Source: a virus
IMG/VR virus record: IMGVR_UViG_3300031997_000006
Coordinates: 1-64,000 of that record
Strand: one strand, 5' to 3'
DNA: 64,000 bases
Part shown: positions 1-10,400 of the stretch, piece after piece
Layout of the letters: every line of letters starts with the position of its first letter
Position numbering within the stretch: the stretch's first letter is position 1
Notes under the pieces: generated by a model
The model's input: only the letters and a program-made list of their open reading frames with translations
Database searches by the model: none
Told to the model about the DNA's origin: nothing
Position numbers and translations under genes: made by a program

Positions 1-245
1 GAGTTAATTATCTGAATAATAGATATTTAAAGAGGTTATTATAAATACATTATATTATAGAGTTAATTATCTGAATAATAGATATTTAAAGAGGTTATTA
101 TAAATACATTATATTATAGAGTTAATTATCTGAATAATAGATATTTAAAGAGGTTATTATAAATACATTATATTATAGAGTTAATTATCTGAATAATAGA
201 TATTTAAAGAGGTTATTATAAATACATTATATTATAGAGTTAATT
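1..245. repeat. Tandem repeat, 4 exact copies of a 59-bp unit plus a partial copy; each unit carries TATAAATA
   Basis: Units at 1-59, 60-118, 119-177, 178-236; TATAAATA at 40, 99, 158, 217. May extend left of the window. Confidence 0.95.
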
Positions 246-328
246 GTAAATCAACTAAATATATTTAAAATTTAACTATTAATAATATAAAGAGTCTAAT
301 TTTCAAACTCACAAATAAAGGTAAAACA

Positions 329-1189
329 ATGGCAGATACAATTTATAAATGGAGAATTTGGTGTAGTACTGACGGTAGATGGGTTGAAGGGTGGAGTAAA
401 GAATTACCTTCACAGTGTTTTGAAAATCATACTCACACTATAGATACATCAAAAACAACAAGTATTGATTCAATATCACAAAACTTACCATTAATAGATC
501 TTGGAAATCGATTATCAGTACACTCCACTCCAAGACCTATGAGTGGTAGTAATGCATTATTTTCATATTGGACAGGTGCGGGAGATGATTTAGTTAATCA
601 TGTTGTAGGAGGAGGTCCTCCTACAATATTTTCACTAACTACTGGTGTAGCATCTCAATCAATTGAAGTGGAATTTGATCCAATATTTGGACAAGTTTTT
701 ATACATGAAGGGTATTTTATGTGTCAAGGAGCTGAACTTGGTGATTATGTAGATGCTGAAATTGTTGCACACGCATCTCCATTATCTTCATTAGCACCAC
801 ATAAGGATTTAGTACTTGATAATGATGGTTTTGCATTATACTCAACTGGTGGTTCTGATACTGGAACAACTGGATTTGCAGGTACTCCTCGTTTAATACC
901 AAGATATTTTACAAAAGACGGTGATTGGGACTATAACGGTACATCATTAACCCCTAATTTTTTAAAAACTGGCATGTATAAAATTAAATCAACTGAATAT
1001 ATAGTTCATAGATTTATGAATCATGTTGGGTTACTTAGTACTTCTAGTTATATAAGAATGGTATCAGATGAGTCTACTGAATTACCAGCTGGTTATTTTA
1101 TTCGTATTACATGTTATAATGTATCAAACTCGGATTGGCAGGGAATGGCAATGATAACTGCATTTCGTGACTCGACAGCTCATCCATAA
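329..1189 (+). CDS. Hypothetical virion-associated protein with N-terminal C/C/H motif
   Basis: 286-aa ORF with AAGG SD, downstream of late-promoter repeats. Confidence 0.6.
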   Translation: MADTIYKWRIWCSTDGRWVEGWSKELPSQCFENHTHTIDTSKTTSIDSISQNLPLIDLGNRLSVHSTPRPMSGSNALFSYWTGAGDDLVNHVVGGGPPTIFSLTTGVASQSIEVEFDPIFGQVFIHEGYFMCQGAELGDYVDAEIVAHASPLSSLAPHKDLVLDNDGFALYSTGGSDTGTTGFAGTPRLIPRYFTKDGDWDYNGTSLTPNFLKTGMYKIKSTEYIVHRFMNHVGLLSTSSYIRMVSDESTELPAGYFIRITCYNVSNSDWQGMAMITAFRDSTAHP

Positions 1190-1201
1190 GGAGGAAATCG
1201 A

Positions 1202-1759
1202 ATGATAGAGCATTTTAAAATAAGCAATAAAGGTATTGAATTATATAGTCAAGTAACTATTATTGCTGGATCAGATATACCTGGTGGAACGACAGATACA
1301 GATAATGTTCAGATTGGATCTATGTATTTGCGAACCAACGGAAAAGTATATACAAAAACAACAGCTGGTGCACCTGGGGTATGGGCTCAAGTACAGACTG
1401 TATCATTACCATATGATCTTGCATTTTATATTCCAACAAATCCATATTTAACGAGTTCAATTGTTACTGGTTTCTTATCACCTAGAACAATGACAATAAC
1501 ATCAGGTTCTTCAAATGTTGCTAAATGTAGTATAGCAGCAACTACTACAACTACTACATTTATTATAGGATTAAATGGGTCTCAAATTGCAACAGCAACA
1601 TTTACTGCGAGTAATACAATTGGATTAATTTCATTTACAGCTGGTTCCACAATTAATATCAGTGCCGGTGATGTATTAACAATTAGTACATCAGACACAG
1701 TAGATGCTACAATAGCAGGAATAGGTATTACACTTGTAGGTATAAGTTCAATTTCATAA
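1202..1759 (+). CDS. Hypothetical structural protein (Thr/Ser-rich beta protein)
   Basis: 185-aa ORF, AGGAGG SD, GSMYLRTNG..W motif typical of tail proteins. Confidence 0.6.
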   Translation: MIEHFKISNKGIELYSQVTIIAGSDIPGGTTDTDNVQIGSMYLRTNGKVYTKTTAGAPGVWAQVQTVSLPYDLAFYIPTNPYLTSSIVTGFLSPRTMTITSGSSNVAKCSIAATTTTTTFIIGLNGSQIATATFTASNTIGLISFTAGSTINISAGDVLTISTSDTVDATIAGIGITLVGISSIS

Positions 1760-1789
1760 TAAAAGAAATTACGTTATTATAAAAACATT

Positions 1790-1983
1790 AAATATAAAGG
1801 AATATATATGTTAACAGATAAATATAATATGGTACCTGGTGTAAAAATTATAAACGCACACGTTGAAATAAATATAAAGGAATATATATGTTAACAGATA
1901 AATATAATATGGTACCTGGTGTAAAAATTATAAACGCACACGTTGAAATAAATATAACATTTCTAACGCCTACAACTCAATAA
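1790..1983 (+). pseudogene. 80-bp tandem duplication encoding two truncated tail-fibre starts (1808-1894, 1888-1983)
   Basis: Both read MLTDKYNMVPGVKIINAHVE, matching the N-termini of the 29177 and 32499 fibres, then stop after about 30 aa. Confidence 0.7.
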
Positions 1984-1992
1984 GTATATAAA

Positions 1993-2979
1993 ATGCCGTT
2001 TCAAGTATCATTATGTGCTACTACTAATATAACAACTGTAATAGCAATATCGCTAAGACCAGATGTGTTTTCTCCTTGTATTGTATCGTTAGATTTAATT
2101 GCAACTGTAACATCTGGTAGAATTGAAGGACATACATTGTTGTGGGAATTACATTCAGGATCACAAGTAGTATTTACCACTCCTGTTAATCAATTAATTG
2201 CAACTTGTACATTACTAGATAGCACAGATAAAGTATTTTATTTTTGGGTAGATAAAGGTACATCAAAAGAAAAATATTATGTATTTAATTATTATGGTAC
2301 TGCAATTGATTATATATATAATCAATTTGCTAATACATTAATATTATCTAATTCAATTATTACTAATGGTAGTCCAGATTGTAGTACTATAGCTGGAACA
2401 CCAGCTATTTTTAATGCAAACCCTGCAGGTCAAGGGGTACTAAATCCAACTAATCTTGTATTAACGTGGCAATTACCACTTAATACAATAAATTTATGGA
2501 GTATTTCTGTTGAACAAAATATAAGTGGAGTGTGGGCAAATATATTAAATTTATTACCAACAGATCCACAAATATTAACAAATGCAACTAATGATACATA
2601 TTATAGAATAAAAACTATTTATAAAATTGATAATGGGTATTATAGTCAATATAGCTGTATATATTATCTGTTAATTAATACAGCAGATAAGAATATTTAT
2701 ATTGATGATATTTTATATAATTCTTTTAATAATACAACTACGGCTACAGTTTTAACTAATTATACTTTATTGAGTACTGATTCTGCTACTGATGAAATAT
2801 TCGATATTACTACAAATTATTTTGGTAATACAATAACTCCTGTAACTTTAACTAATTATACGTTATTAAGTACTGATTCTGCTACTAATGAAATATTTGA
2901 TATTACTACAAATTATTTTGGTAATACAATAACTCCCATCGTTGTAGTATATTATGGTGGAACTATAATTGGTGGATAA
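1993..2979 (+). CDS. Virion structural protein (FN3-like segment), paralog of 6502-7479
   Basis: 328 aa; near-identical N-terminus to 6502; internal 96-bp duplication near 2752-2935. Confidence 0.7.
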   Translation: MPFQVSLCATTNITTVIAISLRPDVFSPCIVSLDLIATVTSGRIEGHTLLWELHSGSQVVFTTPVNQLIATCTLLDSTDKVFYFWVDKGTSKEKYYVFNYYGTAIDYIYNQFANTLILSNSIITNGSPDCSTIAGTPAIFNANPAGQGVLNPTNLVLTWQLPLNTINLWSISVEQNISGVWANILNLLPTDPQILTNATNDTYYRIKTIYKIDNGYYSQYSCIYYLLINTADKNIYIDDILYNSFNNTTTATVLTNYTLLSTDSATDEIFDITTNYFGNTITPVTLTNYTLLSTDSATNEIFDITTNYFGNTITPIVVVYYGGTIIGG

Positions 2980-3005
2980 ATCAATAAATACAAACAAACA
3001 ACAAA

Positions 3006-6000
3006 TTGGAAAATAACATGATAGAATTATTAGGTACAGTAATCATAAACACACTGGACGCTAACACTTTAGAATTATTAGATACTAAAGAACAACATAA
3101 TGTAATAACAAAATACTTTTATTCTACATTAATAAATCGGTATCAAATAGCTTCTTCTTTATTTTTAGGGGATATTTATATTTCAACAGACACAGCTCCT
3201 AGTTACGAAGATTGGTGTAATGTAACAAATTGTAGTTCTGGAGGTTTTCTTCCATCAGGATTAACATCTCCACAATTTTATCCAGCTGTAGACGCAATTC
3301 CACCATATGTTCAATTAATGAGACGATTTAACGCACCTGGTTCTACAAGAAATATTAATAGTATATTATTACCTTACAACACTACTGTTTCTACTTTTTC
3401 AAGTTATAGTGCATTAGCATATGTTAAATTAACTGCTCCATGTGTTCAAACTAATACACAAATATTAGATGTATATTATAGAGTACAAGTAGTAAATATT
3501 TCATCATCTTATAATTTTAATAAGTTATCAATAACTCCAACAAGACTGTTAAACTCATTATTCGCTCTTTCAGATTATTCAATCCAATACAATATATTTC
3601 CACATATAACTTCTAATGGAGGGCATCTACCAATATATTCTCATGTTAATGCTTGTAATAATACAAATCCAACAGATATTGGGGCATTATATCCAAATTG
3701 TGCTGCAAATCGTAATATAACCAAACAAGCAACATTATCTGCTACGCCTTATCCTTTGTATAACCAAGTAACTTATAATTGGAGTTATACAACTACTCAA
3801 GATGTTGGTCATCTACTTGGAGCTTTAAGTATTTTTCCAGGTCGAACAACAACTAATCGTAATACTCCAGTAATGACAACTATAAATTTAGATGCTCCAA
3901 ATGGTAGTAAAATACAACCTATATTTAGTCACGCAGCTTCAACTTTAGCATTAACAACTGCTAATCCTTTTTTAGATACTATTCCTAGTTCAGGAACAGG
4001 TACATTAAATTATGAAGGTACATGGGCTACTGGTAACCTACCTGAATTATATAAAATTGAAATAATCGCTGGTGGAAGTATAGGGACAGCAACGTATACG
4101 TTTAGCAAACGAAATCATGTAGGTTTTGTTGGTGCTAATTATAATACTGATATTAGTTCATTACCAGGTATATATAATTATTCAGGTTATAATTTCACTA
4201 AACCACACACGTGTTGTACTGTAGCTGATATGAATACTGTTGGTGGATACGGTGAAAGAATGGAAGTATATGACAGTACACATTTTATAATGTATGATAC
4301 AACAGGTGTATCACGATATAATTGTGCAGATAATTCTATTGAACTGTGGGATAGTACTACTACTCCAGCATTGTCAGCCACAAACATAAGACAAGCTGCT
4401 GTTAATCCAGGAGATGGAACTATTTGGGTCGCTTGTGCTAATACAGGAATATATAAAATTAGTGCTGATGGATTATCAATTACTAATTATACAACTTCTA
4501 ACGGCTTACCTACAAATAATTGTTATGCAATTGATATTGGTAGAAATAATGCTGTATGGGCATTATGTAATGGTGGTATTGTAACATCAGATAATAATGG
4601 AGCAACTTGGACCACTTATAATGCTGGAACAACTCCAGCATTCAATAGTGCAGCAATCACAGGAGATTGGTCCTCAGTAAATTATATGCGAGTTGATCCT
4701 ACTCACGTAAATGATAGAATGTGTTTTGTACGGAAAGAAAATTGTAGTTTTAATAATACCAAAGGATTTGTGTGGTGGGATAGAGGAACTGGTGTTACTG
4801 TAGATACTACTATACCTAGTTTTGTAGGAGCTGTAAGTAGTGAGTCTAATCCTAGACGATGTCCATCAATGTTTAATGTATCAGATAATGATGGTTTGTG
4901 GATAGTATTACAGTCTAGTGTAACTTACACTGGTATAACCTACAATGCTATAAACAAATTAACATATGGATCTAGTACATATACATCGGTATGTCCTGCT
5001 TCTGGTTTTGTATATCCTAACGTAATGTTTGCTCGAAATACTACCAATACGCAAGATACTATATTACAAGTACAAGGAGACAACACCGGTGGATATAACA
5101 CTTGGTATTATATATCAACAGCAGTTTCAAGTTATATGGCAGGTATTCGCACGGTTGTATATGATAATACTCTTAGTTTATTATATAGTACATCAAGTAC
5201 TACTTACATAGGATCTCTTGTAAATGCTGCTATGATATATAGTGATATTCCAGTATTATTATATCTTGGAAATGGTATAATAGTAGGAAGTAAATATGAA
5301 GGATACGGGAGATTTGGTTTTATTCTTGCGTTAACAGGTGATAGTACTCCAACTAGTGGAACAATTGAATATTTAGCTTGGCAAAAATATGGATGGGATG
5401 GAACAAATTGGGTTTTAGGTAATACAACTCCTAAAACTACACATTCTGATGCACAACCTTTAATGCATGGTATTACTGCTAGATTTACAAACGGAGTTTC
5501 AGGAACATCATTTATCGGCGGTGATTATTATACAGGTAGTGTTAATGATGGTATATTAAAGAATAATGCTATGACTGTAGCAGGTTCTCATACAATGTAT
5601 GTACTTCCAACTCAAAACTTATTTGATTTTGATGGAGTAATTAGATTATATCCCTGGACAACTGGTGCTGTAACTTGGAGAAAAGTATCTGCATCCTTAA
5701 CCATTAACGGAGATAATTCATTAACAAATAATATTCCTTATAGGTCATATAACTTGAGTGCTGGATCTAAAAATAGAGTGTTTGGTGATTTTTCAATATC
5801 TGGTACTTTTTCCGTAAACGCTAATCAATATTATGCAGTAGGTATTACATATAATCATTTAACTGAAGCACCAAATATATTAACTTCTTATAATACTTGG
5901 TCTTTTAATTTAATAGGTAATGATGTTACTATTGTAAATAGTAGTAATACTACAGTTAATACTCCACCAGGTATTGGTAGTACTACTACTTGGAATATTA

Positions 6001-6443
6001 CACGAGTTGGTAATACACTTACCTTTTATACAGCTGGATTATTACGATACACAGTAACAGACGCCGCTTATTCGTTTTGTATAAGAGCAAGATATAGAGA
6101 TACCACTAATGGTACAAACGCTTTTACTGTTAACCCAATTACAGTAGATTCATCAGAATCTGGTTATTATGTTGGATTAGGAAATAGTGGAACTGGAACC
6201 GGAATTTATAATACTAAACAATTATTAGCTACAATCGTGAATATTTCTGATGTATCAATAAACGGAACACCATTGACTGTATTAGATCAGACACCAGTTA
6301 ATATTCCAGCCTCAGGTGGAGCAGCACTAGCGCCAGAAGAAGGATTATTATTTTTTAATTCAGCTGATGTAGGTAAAACTGTCACTGGATCATATATTAT
6401 GAATTATCAAGTTTCAACCCCTTGTAATATTATTCCCGTATAA
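3006..6443 (+). CDS. Large tail/baseplate receptor-binding-like protein with beta-propeller segment, paralog of 7498-11751
   Basis: 1145 aa; propeller/BNR-like motifs (GLPTNNCYAIDIG, SDNNGATW); likely ATG start at 3018. Confidence 0.7.
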   Translation: MENNMIELLGTVIINTLDANTLELLDTKEQHNVITKYFYSTLINRYQIASSLFLGDIYISTDTAPSYEDWCNVTNCSSGGFLPSGLTSPQFYPAVDAIPPYVQLMRRFNAPGSTRNINSILLPYNTTVSTFSSYSALAYVKLTAPCVQTNTQILDVYYRVQVVNISSSYNFNKLSITPTRLLNSLFALSDYSIQYNIFPHITSNGGHLPIYSHVNACNNTNPTDIGALYPNCAANRNITKQATLSATPYPLYNQVTYNWSYTTTQDVGHLLGALSIFPGRTTTNRNTPVMTTINLDAPNGSKIQPIFSHAASTLALTTANPFLDTIPSSGTGTLNYEGTWATGNLPELYKIEIIAGGSIGTATYTFSKRNHVGFVGANYNTDISSLPGIYNYSGYNFTKPHTCCTVADMNTVGGYGERMEVYDSTHFIMYDTTGVSRYNCADNSIELWDSTTTPALSATNIRQAAVNPGDGTIWVACANTGIYKISADGLSITNYTTSNGLPTNNCYAIDIGRNNAVWALCNGGIVTSDNNGATWTTYNAGTTPAFNSAAITGDWSSVNYMRVDPTHVNDRMCFVRKENCSFNNTKGFVWWDRGTGVTVDTTIPSFVGAVSSESNPRRCPSMFNVSDNDGLWIVLQSSVTYTGITYNAINKLTYGSSTYTSVCPASGFVYPNVMFARNTTNTQDTILQVQGDNTGGYNTWYYISTAVSSYMAGIRTVVYDNTLSLLYSTSSTTYIGSLVNAAMIYSDIPVLLYLGNGIIVGSKYEGYGRFGFILALTGDSTPTSGTIEYLAWQKYGWDGTNWVLGNTTPKTTHSDAQPLMHGITARFTNGVSGTSFIGGDYYTGSVNDGILKNNAMTVAGSHTMYVLPTQNLFDFDGVIRLYPWTTGAVTWRKVSASLTINGDNSLTNNIPYRSYNLSAGSKNRVFGDFSISGTFSVNANQYYAVGITYNHLTEAPNILTSYNTWSFNLIGNDVTIVNSSNTTVNTPPGIGSTTTWNITRVGNTLTFYTAGLLRYTVTDAAYSFCIRARYRDTTNGTNAFTVNPITVDSSESGYYVGLGNSGTGTGIYNTKQLLATIVNISDVSINGTPLTVLDQTPVNIPASGGAALAPEEGLLFFNSADVGKTVTGSYIMNYQVSTPCNIIPV

Positions 6444-6451
6444 AGTAAACA

Positions 6452-6477
6452 TATAAATATCTATCTTCTTATAAATA
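6452..6477 (+). promoter_or_regulatory. Two T4-type late promoter boxes TATAAATA
   Basis: Exact matches at 6452-6459 and 6470-6477; homologous spacer repeated at about 11760. Confidence 0.65.
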
Positions 6478-6501
6478 CGTAAATAGTTGTAAGGATACAA
6501 C

Positions 6502-7479
6502 ATGCCATTTCAAGTTTCTCTGTGCGCAGCCGTTAATCAGATTTTAGCAGTTGGAATATTACTGAGACCTGATGTAACATCACCATGTCTTGTATCTTTA
6601 GATTTGATTGCAACTGTAACATCTGGGCATTCACAAGGTCACACATTTTTATGGGAATTACACTCTGGTACTCAAGTTGTATTTACAACCCCTGTTGATC
6701 AATTAATCGCAACTTGTACATTAGTTGATAACTTAGACCGAGTATTTTATTTTTGGGTTGATAAGGGGACATCAAAACAACAATTTTATCCATTTACTTA
6801 TCGTGGTTCGATAAACGAACCGACTTATGTTTTTAATAATGCTAACACATTACCTGCAATAGTAAGTGGTATCCCAAACAGTACACCAAGTTGCTCATCG
6901 ATAACTGGATTAGTTGGTATATACAGTCCAGGTGGATCTGGAGCATATCATATTAATCCAACTAATATTACATTAACTTGGAGTTTACCTACTAATACAA
7001 CAGGATTACAAAACCTTTACATACAACAATTAATTAGGGGTGTGTGGACGACTGTTTCTATACTATCTCCAACTGATGCACAAATATTAACAGGTGCATA
7101 CAATAAAACATATTATAGAATACAAACGGTTTATGTATTAGATCACCAAACATATATACAAACGAGTTGTGTGTATTATTTATACGTAAATTTAGCAGAT
7201 TATAGTGTGTATATTGATGATAACGCAATTGCAGGTATTAGCAACACAGTATCTAAATTTATTATAACTAACTATACTTTATTAGTAAGTGATTCATTTA
7301 CTAGCAGTTTGTTAGAGTCTGTTCAAATATTTAATAATGCAAGTACGGTTTCAAACACAAACATTACAAATTACACATTAGCATTAACTTCAACAACAGA
7401 TAGTGCACTTATAAATAATAGTAACACAGTTGCAAAACTTTCAGTCACCTATCTAGGTGGGACTATAATCGGCTCATAG
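6502..7479 (+). CDS. Virion structural protein, paralog of 1993-2979
   Basis: 325 aa; MPFQVSLCA start and GGTIIG end shared with 1993. Confidence 0.7.
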   Translation: MPFQVSLCAAVNQILAVGILLRPDVTSPCLVSLDLIATVTSGHSQGHTFLWELHSGTQVVFTTPVDQLIATCTLVDNLDRVFYFWVDKGTSKQQFYPFTYRGSINEPTYVFNNANTLPAIVSGIPNSTPSCSSITGLVGIYSPGGSGAYHINPTNITLTWSLPTNTTGLQNLYIQQLIRGVWTTVSILSPTDAQILTGAYNKTYYRIQTVYVLDHQTYIQTSCVYYLYVNLADYSVYIDDNAIAGISNTVSKFIITNYTLLVSDSFTSSLLESVQIFNNASTVSNTNITNYTLALTSTTDSALINNSNTVAKLSVTYLGGTIIGS

Positions 7480-7497
7480 CCATAATAATTAGGAATA

Positions 7498-10400
7498 TTG
7501 AATATGATTAACATAAAAGGGCAAGTGGAAATAAGAGTATTAGACGCTGTAACGTTAGAAGTTTTAGATGTTAAAATACAGGACAATGTAATAACTCGTA
7601 AGTTCTATAATGATTGGGCCAATACCACTTCTCCAATTACAACATATTTGTATATATCTACAATAAATGTACCGAATACAGAAGATTGGATTCATGTTAG
7701 AGGATGTGATACAACTGGGTTTTTACCATCTGGGGTAACATCTCCACGATTTTACGCAGCAGCTGGCGCCGACCCCGCGTATATACAAATAACAAGAAGA
7801 TTTGGCGCACCTGCAGCAACAAGACAAATCTACACCGTGTTACTCTCTACAGATACTAATACAGAGACTCCATTTACTTCATATCGTGCGTCTGCATATG
7901 TAACATTCTCTACACCTTGTACTCAAACATCGTCTCAAATATTAGATGTGTATTATAGAATGCAAGCCTCATCAGACACAACATATTCCTATAATAATTA
8001 TGCATATAGTGCGATACAGTCATTAAATGCATTATATAGTTTAAGCGGTACAACAGTAAACATACTACCATCTTGGGTTAGTCCAATATACTCTCATGTA
8101 TCCACAGCAAGTAATATATCTCCTACATTGAATGGTGCTATGATACCGAATTTTACATGGGGTAGATCTACTGGTATTGCTGGGACTGCGACAGCTTCTG
8201 TAAATGGAGTATATGGATATCGTACCATTAGCTGGACATATACAACAGCACAAGGAGTTGGAGATGTAATCGGAGCCTTATCAATAATACCAAATGAAAG
8301 TTATAGTAATGACACTATTAATAGACCAGCATTTACTACAACAAATATTACTGCACCTAGCGGTAGTGCAATACAACCGATTTTTAGTCATGCAAATTCT
8401 ACACTATCATTAACTACCGCAAATCCATTTCTTGATACTATTCCTAGCTCTGGAACTGGAACTTTAAGTTTTAGTGGTACCTGGACTACTGGAAATTTCC
8501 CAGAATTATACAAAATCGATATCGTAACTGGAGGTAATGTAGGAACTGCTACATATAGATTCAGTAAGCGTAATCATGTTGGTTTCTGCGGTGCGACATA
8601 TGTTAGTAATGTTAATGGGTTACCAGGTATGTACACTGTAACAAACAGTGGTGCGACTGGAATTTTTAAACCACATTGTGGAGTAAATTCCACAAATCAA
8701 GATGCAGCTCATGGTTTTGGACAAAGAATTGAAAAATATGATAGTGCTCGTATTATATCTTATGATCAAACCGGACTATGCAGATATAACTGTATAACTC
8801 ATGTTTTTGAATATTGGGATAGTACAACAACACCACAATTAAATGTTACTAATGTTAGACAAGTTGCTGTAAATCCAGGTGATGGTACTATTTGGGTCGC
8901 TTGTGCCAATACAGGAATATATCAAATCAGTGCTGACGGAACAACTGTAACTAATTTTACCACAACAAATGGACTACCATCAAATAATTGTTATGCAATT
9001 GATATTGGTAGAGCAAATGCAGTATGGGCTGTATGTAACGGTGGTATTGTTACATCTGCTAACAATGGGGTCTCATGGACTACATACAATTCAAGTACAT
9101 CTCCAGCATTTAACAGTAGTGTGTTAAATACCGATTGGTCATCTGTGCAATATATACGAGTAGATCCAACACATGTTGATGATCGTATGGCTATTGTACG
9201 ATACGAAGGTGCAACTCTTAATACCACAACGCATCTAATATGGTGGTCAAGAGCTACTGGAGCAGTAGTAAATACAACATATTCACTAGCTGTTATTACT
9301 CGTAGGTTCCCATCAACGTTCAATGTTTCTGACACGGATGGATTGTGGGTGATGATTAATGCTATTAACTCTATATCTATGTTGACGTATGGGACCTCTA
9401 CTTCTGCATTTATTAGTAGTGTAACAAATATGTTATATAGTGTGATGTTTGTAAGAAATAGTGCAAATACTGCAGATCAAATATTATTAATAAGTTCATC
9501 TAACCGGTACGATTGGGCCACTAATCTGATAGCACAAGGTGGATATACTACATATTTTTCAAAAGTAATAACTATACTTGATAGCTCACTAGCGGTTGTT
9601 GCATCCGTCACTCACCCGAACACAGCCCAGTATCCATCTGGGTGGTTAGATACTATTGTTGGATATGTGGTTTATCTTGGGAATGGGATGATTGCAGGAC
9701 TAAATGCTACTTGGAGTGGTACTTACGGAGCTATATATTCAATATCTGGAGATGGTACACCGACTGGAGGTAGTGCTCTTGAATATTTAATGTGGCAAAA
9801 ATATGGATGGAATGGATCAGCTTGGGTGTTAGGTAATGCTGGAGCAAAAACAACTCACTCAGATGCACAACTTATGTCTAGTGGAATAAATGCAATATTT
9901 ACTAACGGAGCAACCGGTACATCATTCATCACAGGTGATTATTATACAGGTGGAGTTAATGATGGTGTATTGAAAAATAATGCAATGACACTATCTGGTT
10001 CTGCTGACTTTTATGTTATACCAGCTCAAAACTTAACTGATTTTGATGGTGTTATTCGAACATATCCATGGACAACTGGGTCTGTTGTTTGGAGAAAAGC
10101 TCATTCAGCATTAACTGTAAATGAAGATAATTCATTAACAAATAATATTCCATACAGATCATATTCAATGAGTGCAGGGTCAAAAAATAGATTATTTGGT
10201 GATTTTTCAATATCGGGTACATTTACAGCAAATTCAAATCAGTATTATAGTATTGGTCTTAGATTAAATCATATTAGTGAAATACCTTACCTATGGAGTA
10301 CATTTAATAATGAATGGTCATTTGCGTTAGCAGGTACAGCAATCACTGTTACAAACAGCGTAGGTACAGTAGTAGCAACACCTCCAGCAATGACAAATCC

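Noticed and set aside
1-245. CRISPR array
   Set aside because: Units are identical and contiguous with no spacers, and no cas genes are present.
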